This document shows positions 9,339 through 17,696 of a stretch of DNA of 64,000 nt, piece by piece. Within the stretch, counting starts at the first letter, position 1. Every line of letters begins with the position of its first letter. The DNA comes from an uncultured bacterium (GTDB lineage Bacteria; Patescibacteriota; Saccharimonadia; UBA4664): assembly GCA_963720265.1 (NCBI GenBank), contig CAVRET010000002.1:264704-328703 (forward strand), given 5' to 3'. The notes under the pieces were generated by a model. That model was not told the origin of the DNA and searched no databases. It worked only from the letters and a program-made list of their open reading frames with translations. The position numbers and the translations under genes were made by a program.

Positions 9339-10396
9339 CAGTACAAAAACTTCTCGGGCCGCCGGGCCGCCATCCGCGCGGCCACACGCTCACCCGCTTT
9401 CAGCCACAGTCTGTATCGCGCCGTCCCGTTAAGCGGTAAGTCCCAACACCCGATGAACTCCGTGATCTCCGGGTTAAACTTACGTTTAAATTCATAGAGC
9501 CCAGCGCGCGAGTTTGGCGTGTCAATCTCGTCGCGGTTCGGCGAGCCCACCAAATCGTACTTAACAATTCCGCGCGCCATTAGCCACCGCATCGTCTCCC
9601 ATTGCAAGAGGTATGAGGCCTGCAGCTCTCGCTTAATATCGAATGATCCGCCGTCTTTGTACCACGCCCGCCGGCCAAGCGATGTCACGAAGATCCCGGC
9701 GAGCACATCGCCCTCGTGGCTCGCAAACAACAATTCCGCCCGTCCTGCGTCCCACATCGACTTCCAGTAGTCAGCAAAATACGCTTCCGGCCTGAGGCCA
9801 TAATGCGCCCGCCCTTCCGTCGCACGCATCAGTTCGAACATTATGTGCAAATTTTCAGGTGTTGGATCAACCGGCGCCACCACGACTCCGGCCGCCTGAG
9901 CCTTGCGAATGTTCCGTCTCGCCGTCTGGTTAAAGCTTGCGAGCACCGCCTCTTCCCCTGGCGCCAAATCCACAAACACAGTCGACTTCGAGCCTGGATC
10001 ACGGTTCGCCCGCACCAGCCCGAGCGCCCGCAAACACGCTTTGTCCGGCACGTCGTCATCCAGCACCTCACTCTCAAATCGTGCCCACACGCCGCCAAGA
10101 AGTCCCGACTCGCGCGTTTGCTTCACAATCTCTTCAAAATCGGACAAGCTCGTTACACCTGGGCCCTTCGGGCAGTACCACAGCATCCCAAACCCCGCTA
10201 CGCGCCTTTTGAGCCACTGTACGGCCATGCTGCGACCGTCACCGGTCAAATACACATACCGCCTAGGTTCCCAGCCCCAGCGGGCCTTAAAATCGCCCCA
10301 GGCGCGTGTCTGCAGTGCCATCCCGCCGTCCGGGTTGGCTGCCACCAGCTCGTCCCACCGCGCTACTTCTTCGTCAGTCGCCGCTCGCATCGCCAT
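9338..10396 (-). CDS. FemABX-family peptidoglycan bridge aminoacyltransferase
   Basis: LQT..WGDFK...GW, YCPKGP, RRNIRKA, LQWE, GLYEFKRKF; likely start at 10396, just after TACAAT. Confidence 0.9.
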   Translation of the reverse strand: MAMRAATDEEVARWDELVAANPDGGMALQTRAWGDFKARWGWEPRRYVYLTGDGRSMAVQWLKRRVAGFGMLWYCPKGPGVTSLSDFEEIVKQTRESGLLGGVWARFESEVLDDDVPDKACLRALGLVRANRDPGSKSTVFVDLAPGEEAVLASFNQTARRNIRKAQAAGVVVAPVDPTPENLHIMFELMRATEGRAHYGLRPEAYFADYWKSMWDAGRAELLFASHEGDVLAGIFVTSLGRRAWYKDGGSFDIKRELQASYLLQWETMRWLMARGIVKYDLVGSPNRDEIDTPNSRAGLYEFKRKFNPEITEFIGCWDLPLNGTARYRLWLKAGERVAARMAARRPEKFLY

Positions 10397-10506
10397 TTGT
10401 GAGTCATTGTAACCCAATGACAGGTCAAACATTATATGCCATTATAAGCATTCCCGTGGCTACGGTATCGATGTAACCACCAGAGTACCCGTAAGGAGGC
10501 GACAAG

Positions 10507-11043
10507 TTGGCAATCACAGTCGACCCGCTCGCCAAAACAACACCCGACCCCAGCGTTGTCTACAGCTCCGCGCAGCTCACGAAGAGCATCAATACAATGC
10601 TGGGTAGGGAAGTAATCGCGCTTGGCACAGAGCACTCGGAGCTCATGGCGATCGCGATCGTCGGTTCGCCGCTCAACCGGCGCAGCATAGCGAATGGGCT
10701 CGCAGCCGGCATCGCTGGCGTCACAAATCATCCCGCGATCCGATTGGCTGTCGCACAGCTCGTTGTCGGCCAGAGCGAGCTGTTCGCCGACGACGAATTC
10801 GAGGTTCTCATCCTGCTGGCCAACGAGTTCCTCAAGCGATTCAGAGGCATTGTCGATTGGTCTCTGGCCAAGACGGAGGGACTTACAAACCTCCTCAAAC
10901 GCCGCGGCCAAGACACTGGCGATACACATATCCTAGCCGCTTACGCCGTTCTCAGGAACGTCAGTTTCTACGGTAAAGCCCTCGTCGACGACGCCCTGAG
11001 CGTGCTCAAGCACTCTACCGATCCCCTGCCGGGCACGAGCTGA
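10507..11043 (+). CDS. Orphan cassette protein, 178 aa
   Basis: SD TAAGGAGG 7 nt before TTG; upstream ATGACA-17-CATTAT; hairpin 11056..11087, then terminator 11105..11140. Confidence 0.7.
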   Translation: MAITVDPLAKTTPDPSVVYSSAQLTKSINTMLGREVIALGTEHSELMAIAIVGSPLNRRSIANGLAAGIAGVTNHPAIRLAVAQLVVGQSELFADDEFEVLILLANEFLKRFRGIVDWSLAKTEGLTNLLKRRGQDTGDTHILAAYAVLRNVSFYGKALVDDALSVLKHSTDPLPGTS

Positions 11044-11104
11044 GTGCCCACGAACGGGGCGGCCGCCGCACAGAGACGCGCCGCCCCAGATGTACGGAGC
11101 GCCC

Positions 11105-11140
11105 AACCGCATTTTGCAAACCGCGAAGTGCGGTTTTGTT
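11105..11140 (+). terminator. Cassette-associated terminator, family copy 1
   Basis: AACCGCATTT-tgcaaaccgc-GAAGTGCGGTT-TTGTT. Confidence 0.7.
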
Positions 11141-11163
11141 GTTGGTAGCGTAAACTTGAGCTC

Positions 11164-11976
11164 ATGAAAGTCTACTCCTGGAACGTCAACGGCATCCGCG
11201 CCGTCATGCGCAAAGATCTATTCGCTCCCTTCATCGAAGCCAAGCAGCCGGACATTCTATGCCTTCAAGAAACCAAGGCTCAACCCGATGAAATCGATAC
11301 CGCCACCCCCAATTACCGCATCTATGTTAATTCGGCCGAAAAAAAAGGCTACTCCGGCACTGCAATTTTGAGCAAACCCGAACCCATAGGCATCACCAGC
11401 AACTTTCCGGCCGAGCTCAAAACCAAGTACGACATGACCGAGGATAAATACGGCGACCCCGACACCGAAGGCCGCATCCTCACGGCCGAATACGATAAGT
11501 TTCACCTCGTCACCGTCTACACGGTCAACGTCAAGGACGACCTCTCACGCGTCCCCCTGCGCCACGATCACTGGGATCCGGCCTTTCTCGAATACTGCAA
11601 AGGACTCGAAAGCGGCAAATACGGTTCAGCCAAACCGGTGGTCTTTTGCGGCGACCTAAACGTTGCCCACACTCCCGACGACCTTGCCCGCCCCAAGCCC
11701 AACGAAGGGAAACGTGGCTACACGACCGAGGAGCGCGAAGGTTTCCAAAATTTCATCAATGCCGGCTTTATCGACACCTTCCGCCTCTTCCACCAGGGCA
11801 ACGGCTATTACACCTGGTGGTCACACTTCGGCAACGCCCGCGACAACAACACCGGCTGGCGCATCGATTATTTCCTGGTTAGTGCCACCCTCAAAGATAA
11901 GGTCAAAGCCGCCGACATCCACCCATCCGTCATGGGTTCGGATCATTGCCCCATCAGTCTAGAATTGGACCTCTAA
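11164..11976 (+). CDS. xth: Exodeoxyribonuclease III
   Basis: SWNVNGIRA, LQETK, GDLNVAH, GWRIDY, SDHCP. Confidence 0.96.
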   Translation: MKVYSWNVNGIRAVMRKDLFAPFIEAKQPDILCLQETKAQPDEIDTATPNYRIYVNSAEKKGYSGTAILSKPEPIGITSNFPAELKTKYDMTEDKYGDPDTEGRILTAEYDKFHLVTVYTVNVKDDLSRVPLRHDHWDPAFLEYCKGLESGKYGSAKPVVFCGDLNVAHTPDDLARPKPNEGKRGYTTEEREGFQNFINAGFIDTFRLFHQGNGYYTWWSHFGNARDNNTGWRIDYFLVSATLKDKVKAADIHPSVMGSDHCPISLELDL

Positions 11977-12057
11977 CAAGCAGTTTGGGTGTATAGTATC
12001 CTTCATCGTTAAGCGTTTTACGTCATACGTAACAACACAACGAGTACCGGGAGAAAC

Positions 12058-12582
12058 GTGTCAACCTTGCCGCCGAACTCAACTCATCCGACACTAGCGT
12101 TCGACGTTCTAAGAAAATTGGTTGGGGATGCCCTTGAAGTCGAAATCGAAGCGAGCGTAACTACTGATCTCGGACTCGCCAGACGGCTACGAACTACGAG
12201 CGAGGGGGCGAGATGCGACAGAGAGAGAATGGATGAAGTGCTGGCCAGGGCCATTACCGGCCGCCTAGAGGGAGTCGACCGAATTGCGGGGCTGCACATT
12301 GCGTACTTCATAGTCAGCTCCCGACACAACTTCGACCGCTCTCCAGCGCTCGTCCAGTTGGCCCAAGCGATCGTGATGGTGATTGTGCCATTCGCGCTGC
12401 AGTCAATCAATGGCCAACCGGTCTGCATTCCTGAGTTCATGTTGGAAATCCCGGGAGCGGATGGACTCGGCGATTTGCTCGACGATCTGGAAGAGTGGGC
12501 CGAGGCCGCCCAAAAGTGGCTCCTCACCGCTCCGAGCGCTGGCCCCGCTCGTGGCACCAACGACCAACCAGAGGAGCAGTGA
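12058..12582 (+). CDS. Orphan cassette protein, 174 aa
   Basis: SD GGGAG before GTG; 13-bp hairpin 12600..12637, then terminator 12655..12691. Confidence 0.65.
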   Translation: MSTLPPNSTHPTLAFDVLRKLVGDALEVEIEASVTTDLGLARRLRTTSEGARCDRERMDEVLARAITGRLEGVDRIAGLHIAYFIVSSRHNFDRSPALVQLAQAIVMVIVPFALQSINGQPVCIPEFMLEIPGADGLGDLLDDLEEWAEAAQKWLLTAPSAGPARGTNDQPEEQ

Positions 12583-12654
12583 TGCCGCGCCGTGTGCTTT
12601 CATGGGGGCGGCACACTCCGCCGAGCCGCCCCCATGAGGCCTTGGGGCCTCACC

Positions 12655-12691
12655 AACCGCATTCCGCGCCGCGGAATGCGGTTTTGCTTTT
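12655..12691 (+). terminator. Cassette-associated terminator, family copy 2
   Basis: AACCGCATTCCGCG-c-CGCGGAATGCGGTT-TTGCTTTT. Confidence 0.75.
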
Positions 12692-12696
12692 ACGTT

Positions 12697-13683
12697 TTAG
12701 TGGCGCTTGCGCGTAGCCAGCCGCCGGCCGACTTTTTTCGTTACCGGCCAAGCCGTTTGCCAGACCGCATATAGCGCGCGATTCAGTGGCCGGTCCCACG
12801 TGCCGATCCAGTCCGTTTCCACTGGTCCAAATCCCTCTTTAAACCGCGCTACACCCTCGGTTACCCGACCGTTAAAATCGTAAACTCGCAGCCCAGCCGC
12901 TTTCATTTCACGTATCGCCTGCCACTTTAGCGCATAGTTCGCTTTCAATTCCTGGCCGTCTGCGCTCACACCGCCATAGAGCTCATAGGCCGTTCCGCCG
13001 GCCACCGCCAGCCACAAAAACGCCACCGGCCTACTGTCTGCTTTGGCATAGTACAAATAATTCCGCGCCCCGAGCTCCCGCAACAATTTCTCGTAGTACT
13101 CCGTCGGATGGATCCCGAATCCTGCCCGCTCCGCCGTTTCTGCATAAATCTTTGCCATTGGCCCAAGGTCACCCTTAATCTCGCGCGCAATCTCGATTCC
13201 ATCACGCTCGGCCTTACGCACATACTGGCGATGTTTGTGGCTCATGGCAGTCATAATATCGTCTTCGCTTAGTCTCAGGTCAATCGTATACGTGGCACTC
13301 ATCTGAATTTCGTCGCGGGCTTTGCTCCAGCCCTCGGGCAGTCTGGCTTCGAGCCAGGCCGGCTCAGTCCGCACATATAGCGCCTTTTGCTCGCGCGCCC
13401 AAGCCGTCACCTCGCCCAGCAATGCATTCACAGCCGCGCTCCCCGGCTCCCCCACTGGCCCGCGCGGCATATACGCAATCACTCGACCCAACTTGGGAAT
13501 CCGCCACAACAGCACCTGTGCGGCAGCCTCCCAGCTTTCACCATCAACCAAGGCCAGCCGGCGCGGTGTCCAACCCGGCCGCTTCGTCTCGCCCCAACCC
13601 CATAGCTGCAGTGGGTGTCCCCACTCGCTCGCGTCCACCCACGCGTCCCAGGCTTCACGATCCGCGATTTCCACAAGCTTCAT
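12697..13683 (-). CDS. Second FemABX-family aminoacyltransferase
   Basis: HPLQLWGWGE.K, YMPRGP, RQYVRKA, YELYGG, FKEGFG; start at 13683, 6 nt after TACAAT. Confidence 0.9.
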   Translation of the reverse strand: MKLVEIADREAWDAWVDASEWGHPLQLWGWGETKRPGWTPRRLALVDGESWEAAAQVLLWRIPKLGRVIAYMPRGPVGEPGSAAVNALLGEVTAWAREQKALYVRTEPAWLEARLPEGWSKARDEIQMSATYTIDLRLSEDDIMTAMSHKHRQYVRKAERDGIEIAREIKGDLGPMAKIYAETAERAGFGIHPTEYYEKLLRELGARNYLYYAKADSRPVAFLWLAVAGGTAYELYGGVSADGQELKANYALKWQAIREMKAAGLRVYDFNGRVTEGVARFKEGFGPVETDWIGTWDRPLNRALYAVWQTAWPVTKKVGRRLATRKRH

Positions 13684-13709
13684 ACCTGCATTGTACAACG
13701 ACACCATCA

Positions 13710-13738
13710 TTGACAAATAAGCACAAGCAGTGTAAAAT
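13710..13738 (+). promoter_or_regulatory. Near-consensus sigma70 promoter of the SsgA-like cassette
   Basis: TTGACA-17 nt-TAAAAT. Confidence 0.8.
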
Positions 13739-13774
13739 AATTGTATCCCAACCCCAACGTGAAAGGCCGATGCC

Positions 13775-14188
13775 TTGCAAGGTGAAGTGTTGGAAAACCC
13801 GTGTCCAGTACCCGACCTTCTGGACATCACATATCTGTTGCTCTACATGCAGCCCGACGTGTATGCACGATGCATCCGCACAGAGCTCATGTATGACCCC
13901 AGGAACACCCCGCACAAGTTCACCATGATGCATGGGGAACTCCCGGTCTCGCCAGTGTGGGACATACTGCGCGACGAGCTAGTGCTCGGACTTTTCGAGC
14001 CCATCACCGGCGAACACGCCTCAATAGCTCGAGAAGCAGAGCCGCTCGGCGACTGGATACGGATCACTCTGGACGGGGTGCCCTATTATGCACTCTGGAA
14101 CGACGTCGCGGGCTATGCGACCAGGTTGTTCCAGTTCGTAGAGCCACACGACGGCCCGCTGCAACAGCTGCTAGCACACGCCAACTGA
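13775..14188 (+). CDS. Divergent SsgA-like (SALP) sporulation/cell-division regulator
   Basis: IRTELMYDP..P..F....PVWDILRDELVLGLFEP.....WIRITL....V..Y..RLFQFVEP follows the SsgA pattern (LRYDPxDP, WxFARELLxEGL, VxIxL, FLxRTxxxVP); SD GAAAGG. Confidence 0.6.
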   Translation: MQGEVLENPCPVPDLLDITYLLLYMQPDVYARCIRTELMYDPRNTPHKFTMMHGELPVSPVWDILRDELVLGLFEPITGEHASIAREAEPLGDWIRITLDGVPYYALWNDVAGYATRLFQFVEPHDGPLQQLLAHAN

Positions 14189-14277
14189 ATGCCCAACTGC
14201 GTTCAACGCCCGGGCCCCGCAGTCTCAATGATGAGGCTACCCGATGGGGTCCGGGCAGAGACCCGAGGGATATATAT

Positions 14278-14314
14278 GCCGCCGCTTTCGCAACCGCGCG
14301 AAGGGGCGGTTTTT
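14278..14314 (+). terminator. Cassette-associated terminator, family copy 3 (after hairpin 14208..14256)
   Basis: GCCGCCGCTTTCGC-aaccgc-GCGAAGGGGCGGT-TTTT. Confidence 0.65.
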
Positions 14315-14396
14315 CGCGTCATAGAGACTTGTAACAGATAAGAATGCGATCTACAATCTCACCGCACCGAAGCCCGAGCCAACAGGAAGGACCGTA

Positions 14397-14711
14397 ATGT
14401 TCCAGAACGATAAAGAGCTGATGGTGGCTCTGCGGGCGGCAATCAATACATCGGCCATGACGGACGAGTTCAGGCTGGGCGCGACGCTCACCGTCATCCT
14501 GTTGCCAAACGCGACTCCGGAAACCATCGTGGAAACCTACGTCACGATCGGCGAGGTCCACATCGACGATCTGCTCAGGCGGCCGACCCTCTACGTGGCA
14601 CACGTCGCGAGGGCGCTCCTCAGGGTCCGCGCAGCGCTGTCCCCGGACACCGTACGGCTCGCCGAAGCTGCCGACGCCGCATTCCCGGCGAAGGAACCGC
14701 ACACCGGCTAG
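14397..14711 (+). CDS. Orphan cassette protein, 104 aa
   Basis: Promoter TTGTAA-17-TACAAT (14329..14357); SD ACAGGAAGGA; 14-bp hairpin at 14751..14788. Confidence 0.7.
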   Translation: MFQNDKELMVALRAAINTSAMTDEFRLGATLTVILLPNATPETIVETYVTIGEVHIDDLLRRPTLYVAHVARALLRVRAALSPDTVRLAEAADAAFPAKEPHTG

Positions 14712-14824
14712 ATGCCCAACCGGGCGCCACGACAGCCCCAGTCGCTCTGGCTCCCATCCCCGCGGCTAAAGAAGCGCGGGGATGGGAGTTCGCATTTAAT
14801 GCATAATCAAGTACAATCAGCCCC

Positions 14825-15853
14825 ATGTTAATTCTCGGCATCGAAACTTCCTGCGACGAAACCGCCGCCGCGGTCGTGGAAGACGGCCGTCACGCGCACT
14901 CAAACGTCGTCGCATCCCAAATCGACATCCACAAAGAATACGGCGGGGTCGTGCCGGAAGTTGCTGCCCGCAGCCACATCGAAGTCATGCTACCGGTGGT
15001 CCATGAAGCGCTCGATAAAGCCGACGTCACCTGGGATCAGATCGACGGCATTGCTGTCACCTACGGACCCGGCCTGCTTGGCTCACTGCTCATTGGCACG
15101 CTCACAGCCCGCACCATTGCACTCGCCCGCGACAAGCCACTCTACGCCGTCAACCACGTTGTGGCCCACACGTTTGCAAATTTTCTCATTGAACCTGAGC
15201 CTCAATTTCCCATGCTTTCTCTCTCAGCCTCCGGAAAGCACTCCGACCTGCTCTTATTCGAATCTCCACTTGAGTACAAGCTGCTTGGCCAAACCCGCGA
15301 CGACGCCGCCGGCGAGGCCTTCGACAAAGTTGCCCGCATGCTCGGTCTCGAATACCCCGGCGGCCCCAAGATCGGCAAGCTGGCTCCTCAGGGCGACGAG
15401 CAAGCCTATCAGTTGCCTATCGCAAAACTCGGCCAGTCCTATGATTTCTCATTCTCCGGACTCAAAACCGCCGCCCTGCGCACCCTCCAATCTGAAGTTG
15501 GCGGCGATTTCAGCACCCCCAGCATCGAATTACCAGCCCGCCTCACTGACAGGCAAAAAGCCGATATGGCTGCCTCGTTTCAGCGTACGGTTTGCGAAAC
15601 CCTTACCGCAAAGCTCCTCCGAGCCTATCACGAATTCAAGCCCCAAACCGTCGTTATCGCCGGCGGCGTCGCCGCCAATGGACGCCTGCGCGAAGAAGTC
15701 ACGGGCCAAATCCCTATGGAAATGCACTATGCACCCATGCAGTACTGCACCGACAACGCCGCCATGGTCGGCGCCCTCGGCTATCATCTCGCCACAGCCG
15801 GCCGCACCACCGATCCGCTCACACTTCACGCCGAGCCCAGCCTCGAAGTCTAG
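14825..15853 (+). CDS. tsaD: tRNA threonylcarbamoyltransferase TsaD
   Basis: ILGIETSCDET, GGVVPEVAARSH, DDAAGEAFDK, CTDNAAM. Confidence 0.97.
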   Translation: MLILGIETSCDETAAAVVEDGRHAHSNVVASQIDIHKEYGGVVPEVAARSHIEVMLPVVHEALDKADVTWDQIDGIAVTYGPGLLGSLLIGTLTARTIALARDKPLYAVNHVVAHTFANFLIEPEPQFPMLSLSASGKHSDLLLFESPLEYKLLGQTRDDAAGEAFDKVARMLGLEYPGGPKIGKLAPQGDEQAYQLPIAKLGQSYDFSFSGLKTAALRTLQSEVGGDFSTPSIELPARLTDRQKADMAASFQRTVCETLTAKLLRAYHEFKPQTVVIAGGVAANGRLREEVTGQIPMEMHYAPMQYCTDNAAMVGALGYHLATAGRTTDPLTLHAEPSLEV

Positions 15854-16791
15854 GCGTTAGCCTCATCAATCAGCCGTGCAAACCCCTTACCCGACGCCGC
15901 TTGACCCGCCGCTCGCGGGATCACCCAAAAATGCAAGTGCCTCACCGTTTGCCCGGCTTGCTTGCCAATGTTAATCGATACGTTATAGTCACACGTCAGC
16001 CCGGGCACATGTCGCAAGACCGTCTTCAGATCACGCCACCACGTATCCGGCAATTCAGACAAACTTTCAATGTGAGTCTCGGGAACAATCAGGTAGCATT
16101 TGGGATTGCTTAGCGATTCTATGAGATAAGCACCATCTGAAGAGAATAGCACCTGTCCTTTCAATGCTCCGTTACTCCGACAAAACGGGCACTCCTTGCG
16201 GCTGGCGTGAATAAAATGTATTCCAGAACCACTAATTTCCACTGCCCCTTGGCGAATCACCTCTATTTCATCGTCGGCTATCCGGATGATCGTTGACGGT
16301 GCCCGGTCCACCAGCTCTCCCCCGTCTACGTAAAAATCAACTTGATCACCAAAGTAGTCGCGCGCCTCAGCTACGTTAATAGCAGGCGGTTCGCCCGGCT
16401 GGTTAGCGCTACTCGTTACGAGCGGTCCAGTCTGCTCTAATACTCCCTGAAATTCTGGGTCCTTCGGAATGCGTACCGGAAACGAGTCCAAATCCTGATG
16501 GATATAGCCCAACTCCGGTCCTGCCGGCAGAACCACACTCAGTGGATTCGGCCACAAGTGCGCGACTCTCCGCAACTGCTGCTCCGGCAAGCCCAGTTGG
16601 AGCAGCTGCTCCACGCTCGCCGCCACCACCGTTCCCGGTTTGTGCTCGCGGTTCTTCAGGATGTACAGCCGCTCAACTGCCCTCCGGTCGGTCGCCCGGG
16701 CAACTAAGCCATACACCGTATCGCTCGGAATTACTCCGACTGCATCGGGCACTAGCGCCGAGTTAAGCTGAGTCAAAGCTAAAATTTTCAC
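15850..16791 (-). CDS. tsaC: TsaC/YrdC (Sua5) threonylcarbamoyl-AMP synthase fused to a C-terminal HIT-family domain
   Basis: PSDTVYGL, K.R...KP, WPNPLS, TSSAN, PSTII, RQG; then CPFC, LIVPETHIESL, NIGKQAGQTVRHLHFWVIPR. Confidence 0.88.
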   Translation of the reverse strand: MKILALTQLNSALVPDAVGVIPSDTVYGLVARATDRRAVERLYILKNREHKPGTVVAASVEQLLQLGLPEQQLRRVAHLWPNPLSVVLPAGPELGYIHQDLDSFPVRIPKDPEFQGVLEQTGPLVTSSANQPGEPPAINVAEARDYFGDQVDFYVDGGELVDRAPSTIIRIADDEIEVIRQGAVEISGSGIHFIHASRKECPFCRSNGALKGQVLFSSDGAYLIESLSNPKCYLIVPETHIESLSELPDTWWRDLKTVLRHVPGLTCDYNVSINIGKQAGQTVRHLHFWVIPRAAGQAASGKGFARLIDEANA

Positions 16792-16844
16792 CGCTGGATC
16801 ATATCATAACTAATAATTCGGCCATCTTGACCACGGTCTGGGCA

Positions 16845-16879
16845 GTGTTCGCCGGTTCCATAGCGGAACCGGCGAACAC
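16845..16879 (-). repeat. 15-bp perfect hairpin after cassette gene 16887..17495
   Basis: GTGTTCGCCGGTTCC-atagc-GGAACCGGCGAACAC. Confidence 0.9.
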
Positions 16880-16886
16880 CCGTCGG

Positions 16887-17495
16887 TCATGGCGTGCTTC
16901 GGCCGGTACTGATGCCCTTGAACGTCTCGGCGATTGCCACAAGTGCCGTCACCCGGCGATCACGAAGTTCCCGAGCGGCGCCCTGCTTACCAGCGTCATC
17001 GAGCTCTTGGATGGCGACCTGGGCCGCGGTCCCCCATGCCGCTAGCATGGCCCCGAGAACGACTTCCATCAACATCTCACGTCCTAGGGCAGTATAAAGT
17101 CGCCTCAGGGCATAAGCGTACTGGGCCTGACTGCTGAACAAGTAGCAGCACACTCTAAACTGCTCGCCATGCTCACAGAAGAGCTCATACGAATCGAGCA
17201 CATCGCTGCAGAGGCTGTCTACCACCTTGGGGCCGATCAGCTCAGCCAGGTTATCCATTTCCGATCGAATCAGATCAGAGGTAGGCGAGGACAGTCTGAG
17301 TGCCACCGGCTCGCCCTCGTACGTGAGGACACACCAGCCGCCCAACCGTGTCCCCTCGTTAAGCGTCGTATCGGCCGAAACCGAAACGAGCCTTAGAATT
17401 AGGTCGCTCGGCGCCCGGTGGTCACCTAGCATCTCATACCGCAGATCCCCCGGCAGCATGCACCCAGAAAGATCCGGGTTTCTGACACCTTTCAT
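16887..17495 (-). CDS. Orphan cassette protein, 202 aa
   Basis: SD TGAGGA; AT-rich promoter region at about 17560-17590; hairpin right after the stop. Confidence 0.65.
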   Translation of the reverse strand: MKGVRNPDLSGCMLPGDLRYEMLGDHRAPSDLILRLVSVSADTTLNEGTRLGGWCVLTYEGEPVALRLSSPTSDLIRSEMDNLAELIGPKVVDSLCSDVLDSYELFCEHGEQFRVCCYLFSSQAQYAYALRRLYTALGREMLMEVVLGAMLAAWGTAAQVAIQELDDAGKQGAARELRDRRVTALVAIAETFKGISTGRSTP

Positions 17496-17696
17496 CTGTC
17501 CTCATCTCGCACCGGCCTAGCTTTCAGCCAGTAACAATCCGTCGTATGTGACAACATTGTGTTTATAATATTTTAGACAAAAAGTCGATATTATTCCACT
17601 TAACCTGTCCAAACCGGCCTCAACACGCTACACTAAGTCCAACAACAATTCGGCCTTTCGCCACATAACGACAACGTTCAGAAAGGAATTCTCTTC

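Noticed and set aside
14191-14790. GCCCAAC after stop codons as the integron attC inverse core (RYYYAAC)
   Set aside because: No matching GTTRRRY closes the hairpins, no integrase is present, and the cassettes are dispersed with their own promoters.
17590-17696. T-box leader upstream of valS
   Set aside because: The leader is too short and has no T-box consensus or terminator.
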